A DNA stretch of 58,403 nucleotides from a virus (taxonomy: Duplodnaviria > Caudoviricetes), in IMG/VR virus record IMGVR_UViG_3300048598_000026, positions 1 to 58,403 of that record, one strand, 5' to 3'. Positions 1 to 9,650 of this stretch are shown piece by piece. Below the pieces are notes generated by a model, which saw only the letters and a list, made by a program, of their open reading frames with translations, was not told the origin of the DNA and made no database searches. The translations under genes and the position numbers were made by a program. Position 1 is the first letter of the stretch; every line of letters starts with the position of its first letter.

Positions 1-117
1 ATGACGGAGGGGGGTGCAATTTTTGCAACACACCCCCTATATCTTTTGTAATTAAAAACCATAACCGTCTTTGTTTTTTGAAAATCATTTTTTTTAAAAG
101 AATTTACTTTCGTTGTT

Positions 118-366
118 TTAATTGATAAAATTGGTTGTGGAAACTTTCTTGTATATATTTCTGAAATCGTATTTGATGATTTCAGAAATCGCTCTTTCAA
201 TTTCCAAATCGTTCTCTTCTTCTGAAAGTTGATCTGAAGTTCTTGCAATTCTATCTAAATACGAACAAGAATTGTAACCTTTATCCATGTCGAACATATA
301 CCAAGAATCAAACTGTTCAAGTGGATCATAAGGGTTATCAAAGGTTGTTAACATACATTTAGCCAT
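118..366 (-). CDS. Phage hypothetical protein
   Basis: 82-aa ORF with GGGGTGA RBS directly after the RNAP-like gene. Confidence 0.7.
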   Translation of the reverse strand: MAKCMLTTFDNPYDPLEQFDSWYMFDMDKGYNSCSYLDRIARTSDQLSEEENDLEIERAISEIIKYDFRNIYKKVSTTNFIN

Positions 367-383
367 ATTTTATTATCACCCCT

Positions 384-3071
384 TTATGTGTTGGTGTAAT
401 TAGATACCGTTGATGTCGACACACCCAAAGACTTAGCTATGTCGGCATTGTTGTAACCAGATTCAAGCATAGATTTAATCTTATTGATTTTGGCAGTAGA
501 TAACTGTGTCGTAAATCTGGGAGTCGCTCTCTGTTTTATGACATCGGGATCAGTGTATCTAAGTATCTTAGATAGTTTATTGTCGGTAATGGCGCCAGCT
601 TGAATGGCTTCCCATTCTTTGTCACTTATGGTTATCCGAGTGTCTCTTCCACTGGCACCAACAGAAGCTCTAGCATCATAGATAGCTTGTTGACTGACCT
701 TTCTTATTTCTTTCTTATCCTTAGCCAAGTCCGGGTTGTCTTGAATTTTCGCTTTAACCGCCGAGTTAGCTACGGCCTGGGCTCTCCGTTCACGGGGGGC
801 GTTCATTAAAGCCACATTAAGTTGAGCCAATAAATGGTCCACTTCTTTTTGATAAATGGCCTTAGCGCTGCTGTAATACTCAATTTTACCAGCAGCCTTA
901 TACTCCTTCCGGGCACTATTCGCCAAAGCTTTCATCTTATTGGCATAGTCGGCATAAGCGTTTTCTTGGGGGGTACCGGAAGACAATATGCGGATGTCCT
1001 CTGTTTCATTAAGAAGTTTCACTTTAGTAACGGCAGGGGTCATCTTTCCAGTCTTGGGATCTAGGTACATTCTTCCTGATTGTTTATAGGTAACTTTTCC
1101 AGTAGTTGGATCAACAATACCGCTACCTTGTCTTTCTGGAACCCTGAGATCTTGCTTTCTTCTGGAGAGCAAAGTAGATGCTCCGCCAATTTCCTTACCA
1201 TCTTCATCGGTATAACCTTGGTATTTCTTTTTAAGTGCGACTATTCCATTATCTTTCTCGGACTGTTTATAATCGAGCTTATGTTTTTCAGCATCAATAA
1301 CAACCATGCTATGTTTAACTGCTCTTACTATTTCACTTTCTGGCGCACCTTTAAGAGTCATGTCAGTAATTAAATTTGAAATTGCCCCCATTTGTTTTCC
1401 GACAGAACCTTTTGACATGACTTTCATTCCATCGTGGTATGCATACTCAGTCTTTGGATCAAATCTCTCCAGGCCTTTAAGAGCCGGAGTTGACTTTATC
1501 CTGACTTTATCATTGATAGGAATCACAACAACTTGATCACCATCGAAATCAGCACCGGATAATCTTCCTGCAATTTTTGGATTTATACCAATAGCATCGG
1601 TTACATTTCCTAAGATGCTTCTTGCGGAGCGATTTTTATTGTTGACCGTTAGAACTGGAATCTCAAATGTGCCACCATGAGGATAGCGAACCAAAGAAAC
1701 TTTCTCTCCATTTTTATAGTTGGGGGCGTAAACCTCATTTTCAGCAAGAGCAGTTATAGGTAAAATAACCTGCGTTTTCTGTCGAGGAAGGGCAGCCGCT
1801 TTAAGATGTACAACTGCTCCATCACATTGGCCTACAAAATCCAGAAGCATCTTTTTCTTCACTGTTGGATTCGTGAGCGAGCATATTTCATCAAACTCTG
1901 CTTCTGCATCCGAATATGTAAGATTTAGTTGCTTCTTTATAAGTTGCATGGGTTGTTTAGACAAGAATTGAGAAGATAGGTTTTTTGACATAGAATCCCA
2001 ATCGCCTTCTTCTTTTAATTTGTTAATAGCTGATAATTTGGAGGTTCCATCCTTATCAATGTAATAGCTTTGTCCATCGGCTTTAATATAGGCTCCAAAT
2101 GGGTTATCTGGATCGTCTTTTATTTTCTTAAAAACGTCCAACTTATCTGTTCCAACTTTTTTATTCGTGTTGAATACAATATCGGCACCATCCGGCATAT
2201 CATCCGAATACATAGCCATACCCTTTAAATAGTGAGTTCCGTTAACAAGAATTCTAACTTGTGCATAATGAGAATTACCTAAATCCAAATCATTTACGCC
2301 TCTTCGAATTTCAATTACACCATCTTTTTGAGCCCCACCTTCATCGTCATATCGAATATGGACTCTTTTAGAATCAATACTAGCTGGGTATTCACGTTTA
2401 CTCCAACTAGAACCACCGTCAACCGAATGATACTCACCAACAGATTTAATGTCACCCATGTTTTGATAAGGTTCTCTTCCGGTCACATCAGGAGCACACA
2501 ATACTGGAATATTGGTTTGTTTGCCTGGATTATTAATTTGAGGAATACCTACTGGATGTATTTTATAACCTTCGTTCTCCAATATAAAAATGGCTTCTTT
2601 TAATGTAATTGGAGATACGCCTAGCTCTCTTTCTGCTCCAACTCCAACATCAATCATTCTTTTTGTTTTCAGTTCTTTTTTTAGAATATCAGCAGTAACT
2701 TGAGCTTTGTTTTTATTTGCCGCTGTATTTTCATTGAGAAGAGCGCGAATTGACGAATCGTTGTTATAACCCATAATCTCGGCAATTTCATTCAACGTTT
2801 TTCCGTCATCTCTTAAAGACCTGGCTCTATCTGCTTCCAATCTCCTTCTCTCATGTTTAGCTACCCGGAGTTGCATACGTAGATCAGTTGTAGTAAGACC
2901 CAATGCCTCAGCCCTTTGTTTTTCGTTAAAACCTTGTTTTGTCAATTCATCAACTCGACTTATAAAATCACCACTATGTTGATAAGGACTATCACCAGAG
3001 CCCCAAGGATAACGTCCAGAACGCCTTTTTACTCCATAATGCATTAGGATTTCTTCTGCGATGCGATTCAT
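384..3071 (-). CDS. Single-chain double-psi beta-barrel (DxDGD) RNA polymerase-like protein with N- and C-terminal HTHs
   Basis: RLSGADFDGD catalytic loop (DFDGD at 1536-1550), upstream LVRYPH motif, HTH-like GKTLNEIAEIMG and GYNNADIAKSLGVSTSTVSNY. Confidence 0.75.
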   Translation of the reverse strand: MNRIAEEILMHYGVKRRSGRYPWGSGDSPYQHSGDFISRVDELTKQGFNEKQRAEALGLTTTDLRMQLRVAKHERRRLEADRARSLRDDGKTLNEIAEIMGYNNDSSIRALLNENTAANKNKAQVTADILKKELKTKRMIDVGVGAERELGVSPITLKEAIFILENEGYKIHPVGIPQINNPGKQTNIPVLCAPDVTGREPYQNMGDIKSVGEYHSVDGGSSWSKREYPASIDSKRVHIRYDDEGGAQKDGVIEIRRGVNDLDLGNSHYAQVRILVNGTHYLKGMAMYSDDMPDGADIVFNTNKKVGTDKLDVFKKIKDDPDNPFGAYIKADGQSYYIDKDGTSKLSAINKLKEEGDWDSMSKNLSSQFLSKQPMQLIKKQLNLTYSDAEAEFDEICSLTNPTVKKKMLLDFVGQCDGAVVHLKAAALPRQKTQVILPITALAENEVYAPNYKNGEKVSLVRYPHGGTFEIPVLTVNNKNRSARSILGNVTDAIGINPKIAGRLSGADFDGDQVVVIPINDKVRIKSTPALKGLERFDPKTEYAYHDGMKVMSKGSVGKQMGAISNLITDMTLKGAPESEIVRAVKHSMVVIDAEKHKLDYKQSEKDNGIVALKKKYQGYTDEDGKEIGGASTLLSRRKQDLRVPERQGSGIVDPTTGKVTYKQSGRMYLDPKTGKMTPAVTKVKLLNETEDIRILSSGTPQENAYADYANKMKALANSARKEYKAAGKIEYYSSAKAIYQKEVDHLLAQLNVALMNAPRERRAQAVANSAVKAKIQDNPDLAKDKKEIRKVSQQAIYDARASVGASGRDTRITISDKEWEAIQAGAITDNKLSKILRYTDPDVIKQRATPRFTTQLSTAKINKIKSMLESGYNNADIAKSLGVSTSTVSNYTNT

Positions 3072-3074
3072 GGT

Positions 3075-3632
3075 TTAATCCTCCTCTGCTCTGATTTTTG
3101 TTATCAACTTGTCGAAAGTGATGATTTTATCGATTATTGGAACCAGGTCTTCCCCAGTTGGATTATGTACAATTATTTCATTAGACTGATAAATCCTTAG
3201 TTCCATCTCAATTTCAAAAGGTTTAATCTTGTATTCCAAACAAAAAAGAGCAGCATATATTTCAAGCTGCTCCATGTGTGCTGGAGTAACGCCCGACTTA
3301 TAGTCATGAATTCTAAGCAATCGATTTCTAAACGCAATTGCGTCAGTTGTGCCAAAACAATTTTCCGAATAGAACAACGGTTGCTCAGGCGTCATCTTAA
3401 AACCGATGGCATCATTCACATACATATTCAGCGTTTTTCTTGACTTCGGTAATTTCTGTCCAAGTCTGATACACTGAGCTGCGAACTCGTGAAGTATTGT
3501 TCCTTTTTGTGTAGCTAAGAATTTAGAATATACGTCAGCTACTTTTACTTCGTCATAATTAATCCAGTGATATTTACTGGCGCCAAGAAACGCATGTTGT
3601 CCTTCAAGGTTTAAATGCTTGTTGAAGTTCAT
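3075..3632 (-). CDS. PD-(D/E)XK exonuclease (Cas4/lambda-exo-like)
   Basis: GTILHEFA, FGTTDAI, IHDYKSG, QLEIYA motifs; start reassigned to MNFNKH after GGAGG. Confidence 0.75.
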   Translation of the reverse strand: MNFNKHLNLEGQHAFLGASKYHWINYDEVKVADVYSKFLATQKGTILHEFAAQCIRLGQKLPKSRKTLNMYVNDAIGFKMTPEQPLFYSENCFGTTDAIAFRNRLLRIHDYKSGVTPAHMEQLEIYAALFCLEYKIKPFEIEMELRIYQSNEIIVHNPTGEDLVPIIDKIITFDKLITKIRAEED

Positions 3633-3900
3633 GCAATACCTCCTCCTTATTCTCCGGACATATAAACCTTGAGAACGACATCTCATCCATAAGTCCGACA
3701 TAATATTCTTGGTTTGGCTGTTTCTTAGCGCTCGTGATTTTTTTACATTCCAAAGTGGCCCACTTTTTTTTGTACAAAACTAGCAGGTCAGGAATTCCTT
3801 GAATATAACCCGAATCAAGTTTCATTACCATGCATCCGGAAAACAGTGATTTCAATTCTTCGATTACCTCTTTTTGAAATTTGCTTTCTAAATTATTAAT
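3604..3900 (-). CDS. VRR-NUC / Holliday junction resolvase-like nuclease
   Basis: LESKFQ...GIPDL...LECK motifs; AGGAGG lies 7 nt before an in-frame ATT at 3900. Confidence 0.7.
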   Translation of the reverse strand: MNNLESKFQKEVIEELKSLFSGCMVMKLDSGYIQGIPDLLVLYKKKWATLECKKITSAKKQPNQEYYVGLMDEMSFSRFICPENKEEVLHELQQAFKP

Positions 3901-3980
3901 AAGCGGACCTCCTTTCTTGTTTAAAAACAGAAATAAAAGAGAGTGTCGAAATTTTAATTTCGGTTTTTATTATCTCTCTT

Positions 3981-4005
3981 CATAAAAGAGCGTGTTTTTT
4001 TCGCG
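3981..4005 (-). promoter_or_regulatory. 25-bp repeated motif (putative phage promoter), copy 1
   Basis: CGCGAAAAAAACACGCTCTTTTATG upstream of the nuclease-RNAP operon. Confidence 0.7.
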
Positions 4006-4069
4006 AAGCTAAAAACAGCAAAAGAAAAGCCCATACCATTTAGGTACAGGCTTGTTTAAAAAATTATAA

Positions 4070-4381
4070 TTAATCACGGAATAAGCGACAACCAGACTGA
4101 CAGTCCGGCCAGGGACCCCCACAGTCTTTACATATATCCGGTTCTTCGTCGATGTTACTTGTATAACATTCAAAATAATCGTCTTCGTAAGTTGCCTCTA
4201 AGGTAGGATAACCGTCTCCATAATCGGCTTCTTCGTCGGTGATGCTCCATTTACAAATATCACATTCCCAATACCCATCTTCATGAGTAGCCTTACGATG
4301 ACAATCCGGACAATATTGTTCGCCGGTAGATAACCACATAGATATGTTTATTTTTTCAATTTCCGCTTTCTTCTTTTTCAT
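4070..4381 (-). CDS. Small acidic Zn-ribbon protein
   Basis: CPDC...CDIC and CKDC...C..GC clusters; GGAGG RBS. Confidence 0.65.
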   Translation of the reverse strand: MKKKKAEIEKINISMWLSTGEQYCPDCHRKATHEDGYWECDICKWSITDEEADYGDGYPTLEATYEDDYFECYTSNIDEEPDICKDCGGPWPDCQSGCRLFRD

Positions 4382-4439
4382 AATCTTGTTACCTCCAACT
4401 TTAATAAGTTAGGAGATAAAAAGAGCTCTTTAACATCTC

Positions 4440-4464
4440 CTTAATAGGCCATGTAAAATTCACG
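4440..4464 (-). promoter_or_regulatory. 25-bp motif, copy 2
   Basis: CGTGAATTTTACATGGCCTATTAAG. Confidence 0.6.
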
Positions 4465-5086
4465 AATCTGTCGTGTTATCCGGGACCCCTTCGGATCTTT
4501 TTTTATTGTGATTTATCAGAACTCTTTCAATTTGATTCTTCATATTAGCTGTGATATCAATAGCTCCTTGCTGAATATTTGTTATAACGTCGTCGACCAT
4601 TTTCTTGTTCTTTTCTTTTTGCTCTAATCTTTTATTAGCTTTTTCCAGTCTTACTTCGGCTTTATATTTCTCTGATTTATCAAACAATTTTTGACTTTCT
4701 TCAATTACTTCAGAAGTTACATACTTTAAAAACACGAGCGTTCCCGGTTTAACTTTTTGTTTGTGTTTTGGTTTTGATCCGACAATCTGTAAATCAAAAC
4801 AGTCTTTATATTTGATATTTGCATCTCTAATGGCGACCGGTTCGACTTTTAATTTACACTCCTCAAGCAATATTATAGCTCGTTCTAATTTTATAGGAAG
4901 CCCTCTAGAATATAATTCCGGAATATCAACTAAGTCTTTTCTTTCTTTAACTTTCTCTTTTACTGTTTTAGCGGCGGCGTTTATTACCGGTTCAAAAATA
5001 GCCAAGGCCGTGCTAACGACTACGAGGGCGTTTGCTATATCTTCCGCATCTTTCAATCCTTTTTTTATTCTCTTAATATCAGCCAT
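4460..5086 (-). CDS. PASTA-like domain protein with N-terminal hydrophobic segment
   Basis: IPELY..LERAIILLEECKL...IVGSKPK..QKVKPGTLVFLKY resembles a PASTA repeat. Confidence 0.55.
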   Translation of the reverse strand: MADIKRIKKGLKDAEDIANALVVVSTALAIFEPVINAAAKTVKEKVKERKDLVDIPELYSRGLPIKLERAIILLEECKLKVEPVAIRDANIKYKDCFDLQIVGSKPKHKQKVKPGTLVFLKYVTSEVIEESQKLFDKSEKYKAEVRLEKANKRLEQKEKNKKMVDDVITNIQQGAIDITANMKNQIERVLINHNKKRSEGVPDNTTDS

Positions 5087-5249
5087 ACCAACCCTCCTAC
5101 CTTATCAAATAAAATTTCCAGCATCAGCATACCACGAACAGACGAAATATGGAAGAACTTTATAAGAACTCTTGGCTACTTCTTCAATTTGTGGTAGAGG
5201 GTATGGTTTTCACTTGCGAAAGTAATTTTTAACCTTTTTCATGTTCGTG

Positions 5250-5530
5250 GCCAAAAGCCCACTTTTTTTGGCCATATTTATATATATCTTTAATCTTTTT
5301 ATCGCATTTAATAGAGAATAAAAGTGGGCAAGTGGGCAAAAAACCCGCAAACCCGCATAAATACTGGGTTTTTCGTGGCCAAATCCGTTTTTAAAAGTGG
5401 GCAGAAAGTGGGCAAATGGCCACTTTTTTCAACCAAAAACGCCCGTACAATCAAAAAACTCTCCAAAAATCCACCCAATTTTTCACAAAACTCAAAAAGC
5501 CCACTTTGCAAAAATTAAAAGTGGGCGTAA
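5250..5530. repeat. Iteron-like AAAGTGGGC cluster; candidate replication origin
   Basis: Copies at 5321, 5330 (AAGTGGGC), 5394, 5405, 5518 and inverted at 5257, 5418 (variant), 5499; AT-rich tract at ~5275-5290. Confidence 0.6.
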
Positions 5531-5657
5531 ATTTGATCGTTTTTCATTTTTTATAAAAGTGTACGGACGACAGAAATCACATAAAAATAGCCCACATCTC
5601 ATTCTCACCATACAAGGCAAGTAACAAAACATGGGCTATAAATATATGATTCAATCA

Positions 5658-5783
5658 TTAACTATTATTTCTCAGATACCGAATCAGTATCCAAAGTAGC
5701 CATAACCCTCCAGTGAAAAGAGTCATGACAAAGTCGAAAATGAGACCAAATAATCCACGCTTTTTATTTCCGCTCCTACTCAT
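5658..5783 (-). CDS. 41-aa membrane protein (absent from the ORF track)
   Basis: MSRSGNKKRGLFGLIFDFVMTLFTGGLWLLWILIRYLRNNS; AAAGGAG RBS. Confidence 0.75.
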   Translation of the reverse strand: MSRSGNKKRGLFGLIFDFVMTLFTGGLWLLWILIRYLRNNS

Positions 5784-5823
5784 AATTTCTCCTTTCGATA
5801 AACATGCAAACTATTCCAAATAT

Positions 5824-5852
5824 ATTATATATATTATGGAGTCACATTTCAA
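5824..5852 (-). promoter_or_regulatory. sigmaA-type promoter
   Basis: TTGAAA-N17-TATAAT upstream of the 41-aa gene. Confidence 0.7.
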
Positions 5853-6053
5853 TCATCTCCAAACTCTACCGCTTTTCTTATTAACCAACACGATTCTTCC
5901 ATCAATTTGAAATCCGGAAAGTTCTACGATATTGAAAATCGTATATAAAAGTTTGTGAAACCTCTCGTTCTCCGTATCAATGTTTTTGATAGCTTCATAA
6001 GCGGTTGGATCAGAATATCCCTCGGCATTCTTTCTTAAATCTCTATCATTCAT
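5853..6053 (-). CDS. Phage hypothetical protein
   Basis: MNDRDLRKNAEGYSDPTAYEAI; GAGGAG RBS, overlaps nrdD stop. Confidence 0.65.
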   Translation of the reverse strand: MNDRDLRKNAEGYSDPTAYEAIKNIDTENERFHKLLYTIFNIVELSGFQIDGRIVLVNKKSGRVWR

Positions 6054-8064
6054 ACCACATCTCCTCTGAAACAAATTTATAAATTTCACTCAGACCGGAA
6101 TATTTTTTGTCACCATCTACAAGAGTCGGCGCCTGCATAATTCCAAGTCCGTTTACAAGTTCCATATTATCTTTGGTCAAAATTTTTGTAAAAGCTATAT
6201 CAGTTTCATTCAAAATTTTCTCCGCTTGCTTGCAGTTATGGCAGGTACCGGTGGTGACAAGGATTAACTCCTTATGAGTTTTGTTAATGTCGTACACACG
6301 ACGGTCTTCAAACTCCTGTACCTTTCCGTCGTTCCAATTTTGGACCGGTCGGTAATAGCCGGTAATACGACTGTAAATTTCATTTTTTTTACCGCAGACC
6401 GGGCAAGCTCCAACTTCTCCATTTATATATCCGTGGTTCTTACATATGGAGTATGTCGGAGATAAGGTATAATACGGTAGTTTATAGTTCTCAGCAATCT
6501 TACGAACTAAATTAGCAGCTGACCTCCAATCGGGAAGTTTTTCACCAAGGAAAGCGTGAAACACAGTACCTGATGTATACAGAGTCTGAAGCTCGTCCTG
6601 GATGTCGAGCGCAGAGAAAATATCATTCGTATACCCTACAGGGAGATGGCTTGAGTTAGTATAGTAAGGAGTTCCGTTTTCATTCGCAGTGACAATATCC
6701 AGATATTGATTTTTATCATACCTTGCAAAGCGATATGTGGTAGACTCAGCAGGGGTAGCCTCCAGGTTATAAAGATCACCATAGAGCTCTTGATAATCAC
6801 TAAGGCGTTCTCGCATGTGATTAAGAACATCTTTAGTAAATTGCTGCACTTCAGGAGTAGACAAATCCTTACGCAACCACTTAGCATTAAGACCAGCTTC
6901 ATTCATACCAACGATACCTACGGTTGAAAAATGATTATCAAATGTTCTTAAATATCGCTTAGTATATGGATATAATCCAGCATTCAAAAGCTTAGTGACG
7001 AAGGTTCGCTTAATCTTAAGAGAACGGGCTGAAATATCCATCAGCTCATCCAACTTCACATAGAAGTCTTTTTCATCCGAAGCCAGATGAGCAATTCTCG
7101 GTAAGTTGATAGTAACTACACCAACTGAACCAGTAGACTCCCCTGAACCAAAGAACCCTCCGGACTTCTTACGAAGCTCGCGTAGGTCAAGTCTAAGGCG
7201 ACAACACATTGACCTAACATCACTGGGATCCATATCTGAATTAACATAATTAGAAAAATATGGGGTACCGTACTTCGCGGTCATTTCAAATAGGAGTTTG
7301 TTATTCTCGGTCTCACCCCAATCAAAATCACGAGTGATAGAGTAGGTGGGGATGGGATATTGAAATCCTCGTCCGTTGGCGTCACCTTCAATCATGATCT
7401 CGATGAAGGCCTTATTGACCATATCCATTTCTTTTTGACAATCGCCATATGTGAAATCCATTTCCTTACCACCAACGATAGCAAGGAGGTTCTTAAGATC
7501 GTTTGGTACTATCCAATCCAAAGTAATGTTACAGAAAGGCGCCTGCGTTCCCCAACGTGATGGTGTATTAAGACCAAAGACTAATGACTGCACACATTGC
7601 TTGATTTCTTTTTGAGTTAGATTGTCGACCTTAACAAAAGGCGCCAGGTACGTATCAAAAGATGAAAATGCTTGAGCTCCGGCCCATTCGTTCTGCATAA
7701 TACCGATAAAGTTAACCATCTGGTTGCAGAGCGTTGATAAATGGCTAGCAGAAGTTGAGGTGATTTTACCAACCACACCGCCAAGCCCCTCCTGAATAAG
7801 TTGCTTCAAGCTCCAACCGGCACAATAACCAGTCAGCATAGACAAGTCGTGCAAGTGGATCGCAGCGCTTCGATGTGCGTCGGCGATTTCGCGGTCATAA
7901 ATGTTTGATAACCAATAGTTAGCGGTGATGGCGCCGGAATTAGATAGAATAAGACCTCCAACCGAGTAACTTACCGTGGAATTCTCTTTTACGCGCCAAT
8001 CGTTAACCTGTATGTAGTCATCGACCAGCTTTTTGTAATTTAAAATATGCTCATCATTCCTCAT
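6046..8064 (-). CDS. nrdD: Class III (anaerobic) ribonucleotide reductase with C-terminal glutaredoxin-like domain
   Basis: SMCCRL, ATPAES, CxxH...CxxC Zn site, YSRITGYY glycyl-radical loop; C-terminal TCHNC...APTL. Confidence 0.92.
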   Translation of the reverse strand: MRNDEHILNYKKLVDDYIQVNDWRVKENSTVSYSVGGLILSNSGAITANYWLSNIYDREIADAHRSAAIHLHDLSMLTGYCAGWSLKQLIQEGLGGVVGKITSTSASHLSTLCNQMVNFIGIMQNEWAGAQAFSSFDTYLAPFVKVDNLTQKEIKQCVQSLVFGLNTPSRWGTQAPFCNITLDWIVPNDLKNLLAIVGGKEMDFTYGDCQKEMDMVNKAFIEIMIEGDANGRGFQYPIPTYSITRDFDWGETENNKLLFEMTAKYGTPYFSNYVNSDMDPSDVRSMCCRLRLDLRELRKKSGGFFGSGESTGSVGVVTINLPRIAHLASDEKDFYVKLDELMDISARSLKIKRTFVTKLLNAGLYPYTKRYLRTFDNHFSTVGIVGMNEAGLNAKWLRKDLSTPEVQQFTKDVLNHMRERLSDYQELYGDLYNLEATPAESTTYRFARYDKNQYLDIVTANENGTPYYTNSSHLPVGYTNDIFSALDIQDELQTLYTSGTVFHAFLGEKLPDWRSAANLVRKIAENYKLPYYTLSPTYSICKNHGYINGEVGACPVCGKKNEIYSRITGYYRPVQNWNDGKVQEFEDRRVYDINKTHKELILVTTGTCHNCKQAEKILNETDIAFTKILTKDNMELVNGLGIMQAPTLVDGDKKYSGLSEIYKFVSEEMWYE

Positions 8065-8516
8065 ATCGAGTCAATGTTCCTTTCTTCAATCTTTACATTA
8101 ATAATTTTTTGGTTACTGCTGCCGTACATTTTACCGGTAACTATTTTATCCTGTTCAAATTTTCCATCTACTATATAATCGGCCATCCGTGCAAGTTGAG
8201 TGTCTTTTATTTCCTCATAGTTAAAACCGGTGTAAATCCATACATCTAAGTTCACAGGAAGAAGTTTTAAAAAAGAGACACATTCATCTTGCTGATAGAA
8301 CGGATCACCCCCAGATAACGTAACACCGTCAATATGTTTGTGTTTTTTTATGTCTGCAACTAATTCTTCTGGGGCCTTTTCAATTCCGCCATGGAAGTCC
8401 CATGTTTCCGGATTTTGACATCCAACACATTGATGCGAGCATCCCTGACAGAATATAACGTAACGGATACCATAACCATTCACGAGTGAACAAGATAGGG
8501 TTCCTGCTATTCTCAC
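8061..8516 (-). CDS. nrdG: Anaerobic RNR activase (radical SAM)
   Basis: GCSHQCVGCQNPETWDF CxxxCxxC, SGGDPF, YTGF, GSSNQ. Confidence 0.92.
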   Translation of the reverse strand: MRIAGTLSCSLVNGYGIRYVIFCQGCSHQCVGCQNPETWDFHGGIEKAPEELVADIKKHKHIDGVTLSGGDPFYQQDECVSFLKLLPVNLDVWIYTGFNYEEIKDTQLARMADYIVDGKFEQDKIVTGKMYGSSNQKIINVKIEERNIDSI

Positions 8517-8545
8517 GATAACAACCCCTCCGAATTTTGTCCTCC

Positions 8546-8881
8546 TTAAATATCACTTGTTTTTCGATGCACACTAAGTCCAGAGTCAAATCCCTCAGGA
8601 TAGCGTGCTTTAAGCTTATCAATATTCATCTGCAATATAGTTCCAAGGTCATAACCGATGGTATCCGCACTTATTGCAAGATACCAGGCAACATCCCCAA
8701 GTTCTTTTGCCACATGTTCCTTATTCAACTCATGACCCTGGAAAAGATGTTTCTTAAGTAAATCAATGCATTCACCAGCTTCACCGCTTAGACCCAAAAT
8801 ACCGTTCTGGAGTTGTTCAATGGAACTTAGTTTAGTATTTTTCGTTCGTAGTGCTGCTTTTTGATATTCGTTAATTTCCAT
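8546..8881 (-). CDS. MazG-like nucleotide pyrophosphohydrolase
   Basis: LGLSGEAGEC...KELGDVAWY...NIDKLKARYP. Confidence 0.85.
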   Translation of the reverse strand: MEINEYQKAALRTKNTKLSSIEQLQNGILGLSGEAGECIDLLKKHLFQGHELNKEHVAKELGDVAWYLAISADTIGYDLGTILQMNIDKLKARYPEGFDSGLSVHRKTSDI

Positions 8882-8882
8882 G

Positions 8883-9596
8883 CTAGTCCCCCTTAGGATT
8901 ACAAGTAATAATCTCACTGTACGGCAATTCCTCAACCCACTTGCAAAATTCCCGCCATTCATCAAGTTTGTGGTTTTTACGGTGCTGATAGATACCAGCC
9001 AAAACCTCATAGTTTAACATGACCGTACGCTTCTGGTTGTAAGAAGAGGGGAGAAGCTGAATCATCTGCCACCAAATATCTTTTTTTATTCGTACGCAGG
9101 CCTTGTCCGACAAAGCGGTGTAGTTTAAATTGACATCGGTATTAGTCGTCAAGAACGCCATACGATGCATATTGAGATGTTTGATGACGTGGAAAAGAAC
9201 ATCTTCACTTTGTATGGTTAGATGGTCATGCGAGAAATCATCAAGAGTAAACTCCTTCTCGTGAATCTTGTGCATAGTGGAGCAGGAGTTGGCGACCGTA
9301 CCCACTTTATAAGTATCAAACTCTTTCCACCAATACAAAGGCGCTGTGATATCCACATACACAGCAATCATTCTACGGAACTTGGCGTGAACAGGACCAC
9401 CTTTAATAAGCTTTATCATCAGTTCGTGGTCATTTTTGCCGATCTGAAAAGAGTTAGCACAGTTACAACAACCGATTCCATCATCGCCGCCTTTATAAAT
9501 ACCACTGTCGGATTTATCCCAGCTATTCATCGGGTTTCTCATTCCACGGATGGCCTGGTCAAAACCCATAACTTCTGTTTTTTCAATTAGAATCAT
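8883..9596 (-). CDS. Divergent ThyX-like (flavin-dependent thymidylate synthase fold) protein
   Basis: HAKFRRM, APLYWWKEFDTY, SCSTMH, LLPSSY, RKNHKLDEW; nucleotide-metabolism context. Confidence 0.5.
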   Translation of the reverse strand: MILIEKTEVMGFDQAIRGMRNPMNSWDKSDSGIYKGGDDGIGCCNCANSFQIGKNDHELMIKLIKGGPVHAKFRRMIAVYVDITAPLYWWKEFDTYKVGTVANSCSTMHKIHEKEFTLDDFSHDHLTIQSEDVLFHVIKHLNMHRMAFLTTNTDVNLNYTALSDKACVRIKKDIWWQMIQLLPSSYNQKRTVMLNYEVLAGIYQHRKNHKLDEWREFCKWVEELPYSEIITCNPKGD

Positions 9597-9650
9597 TTAT
9601 TTTCCATCCTTTCTATGGTACAATTTTTATTAAAACGGAGGTGAACTATT

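Noticed and set aside
3075-3632. Cas4 as evidence of a CRISPR system
   Set aside because: Stand-alone phage PD-(D/E)XK nuclease lacking the Fe-S cysteine set; no array
5308-5910. Short ORFs over the repeat cluster and 5713-5910 (+)
   Set aside because: Low-complexity translations of the iterons; the supported gene is 5658-5783 on the minus strand
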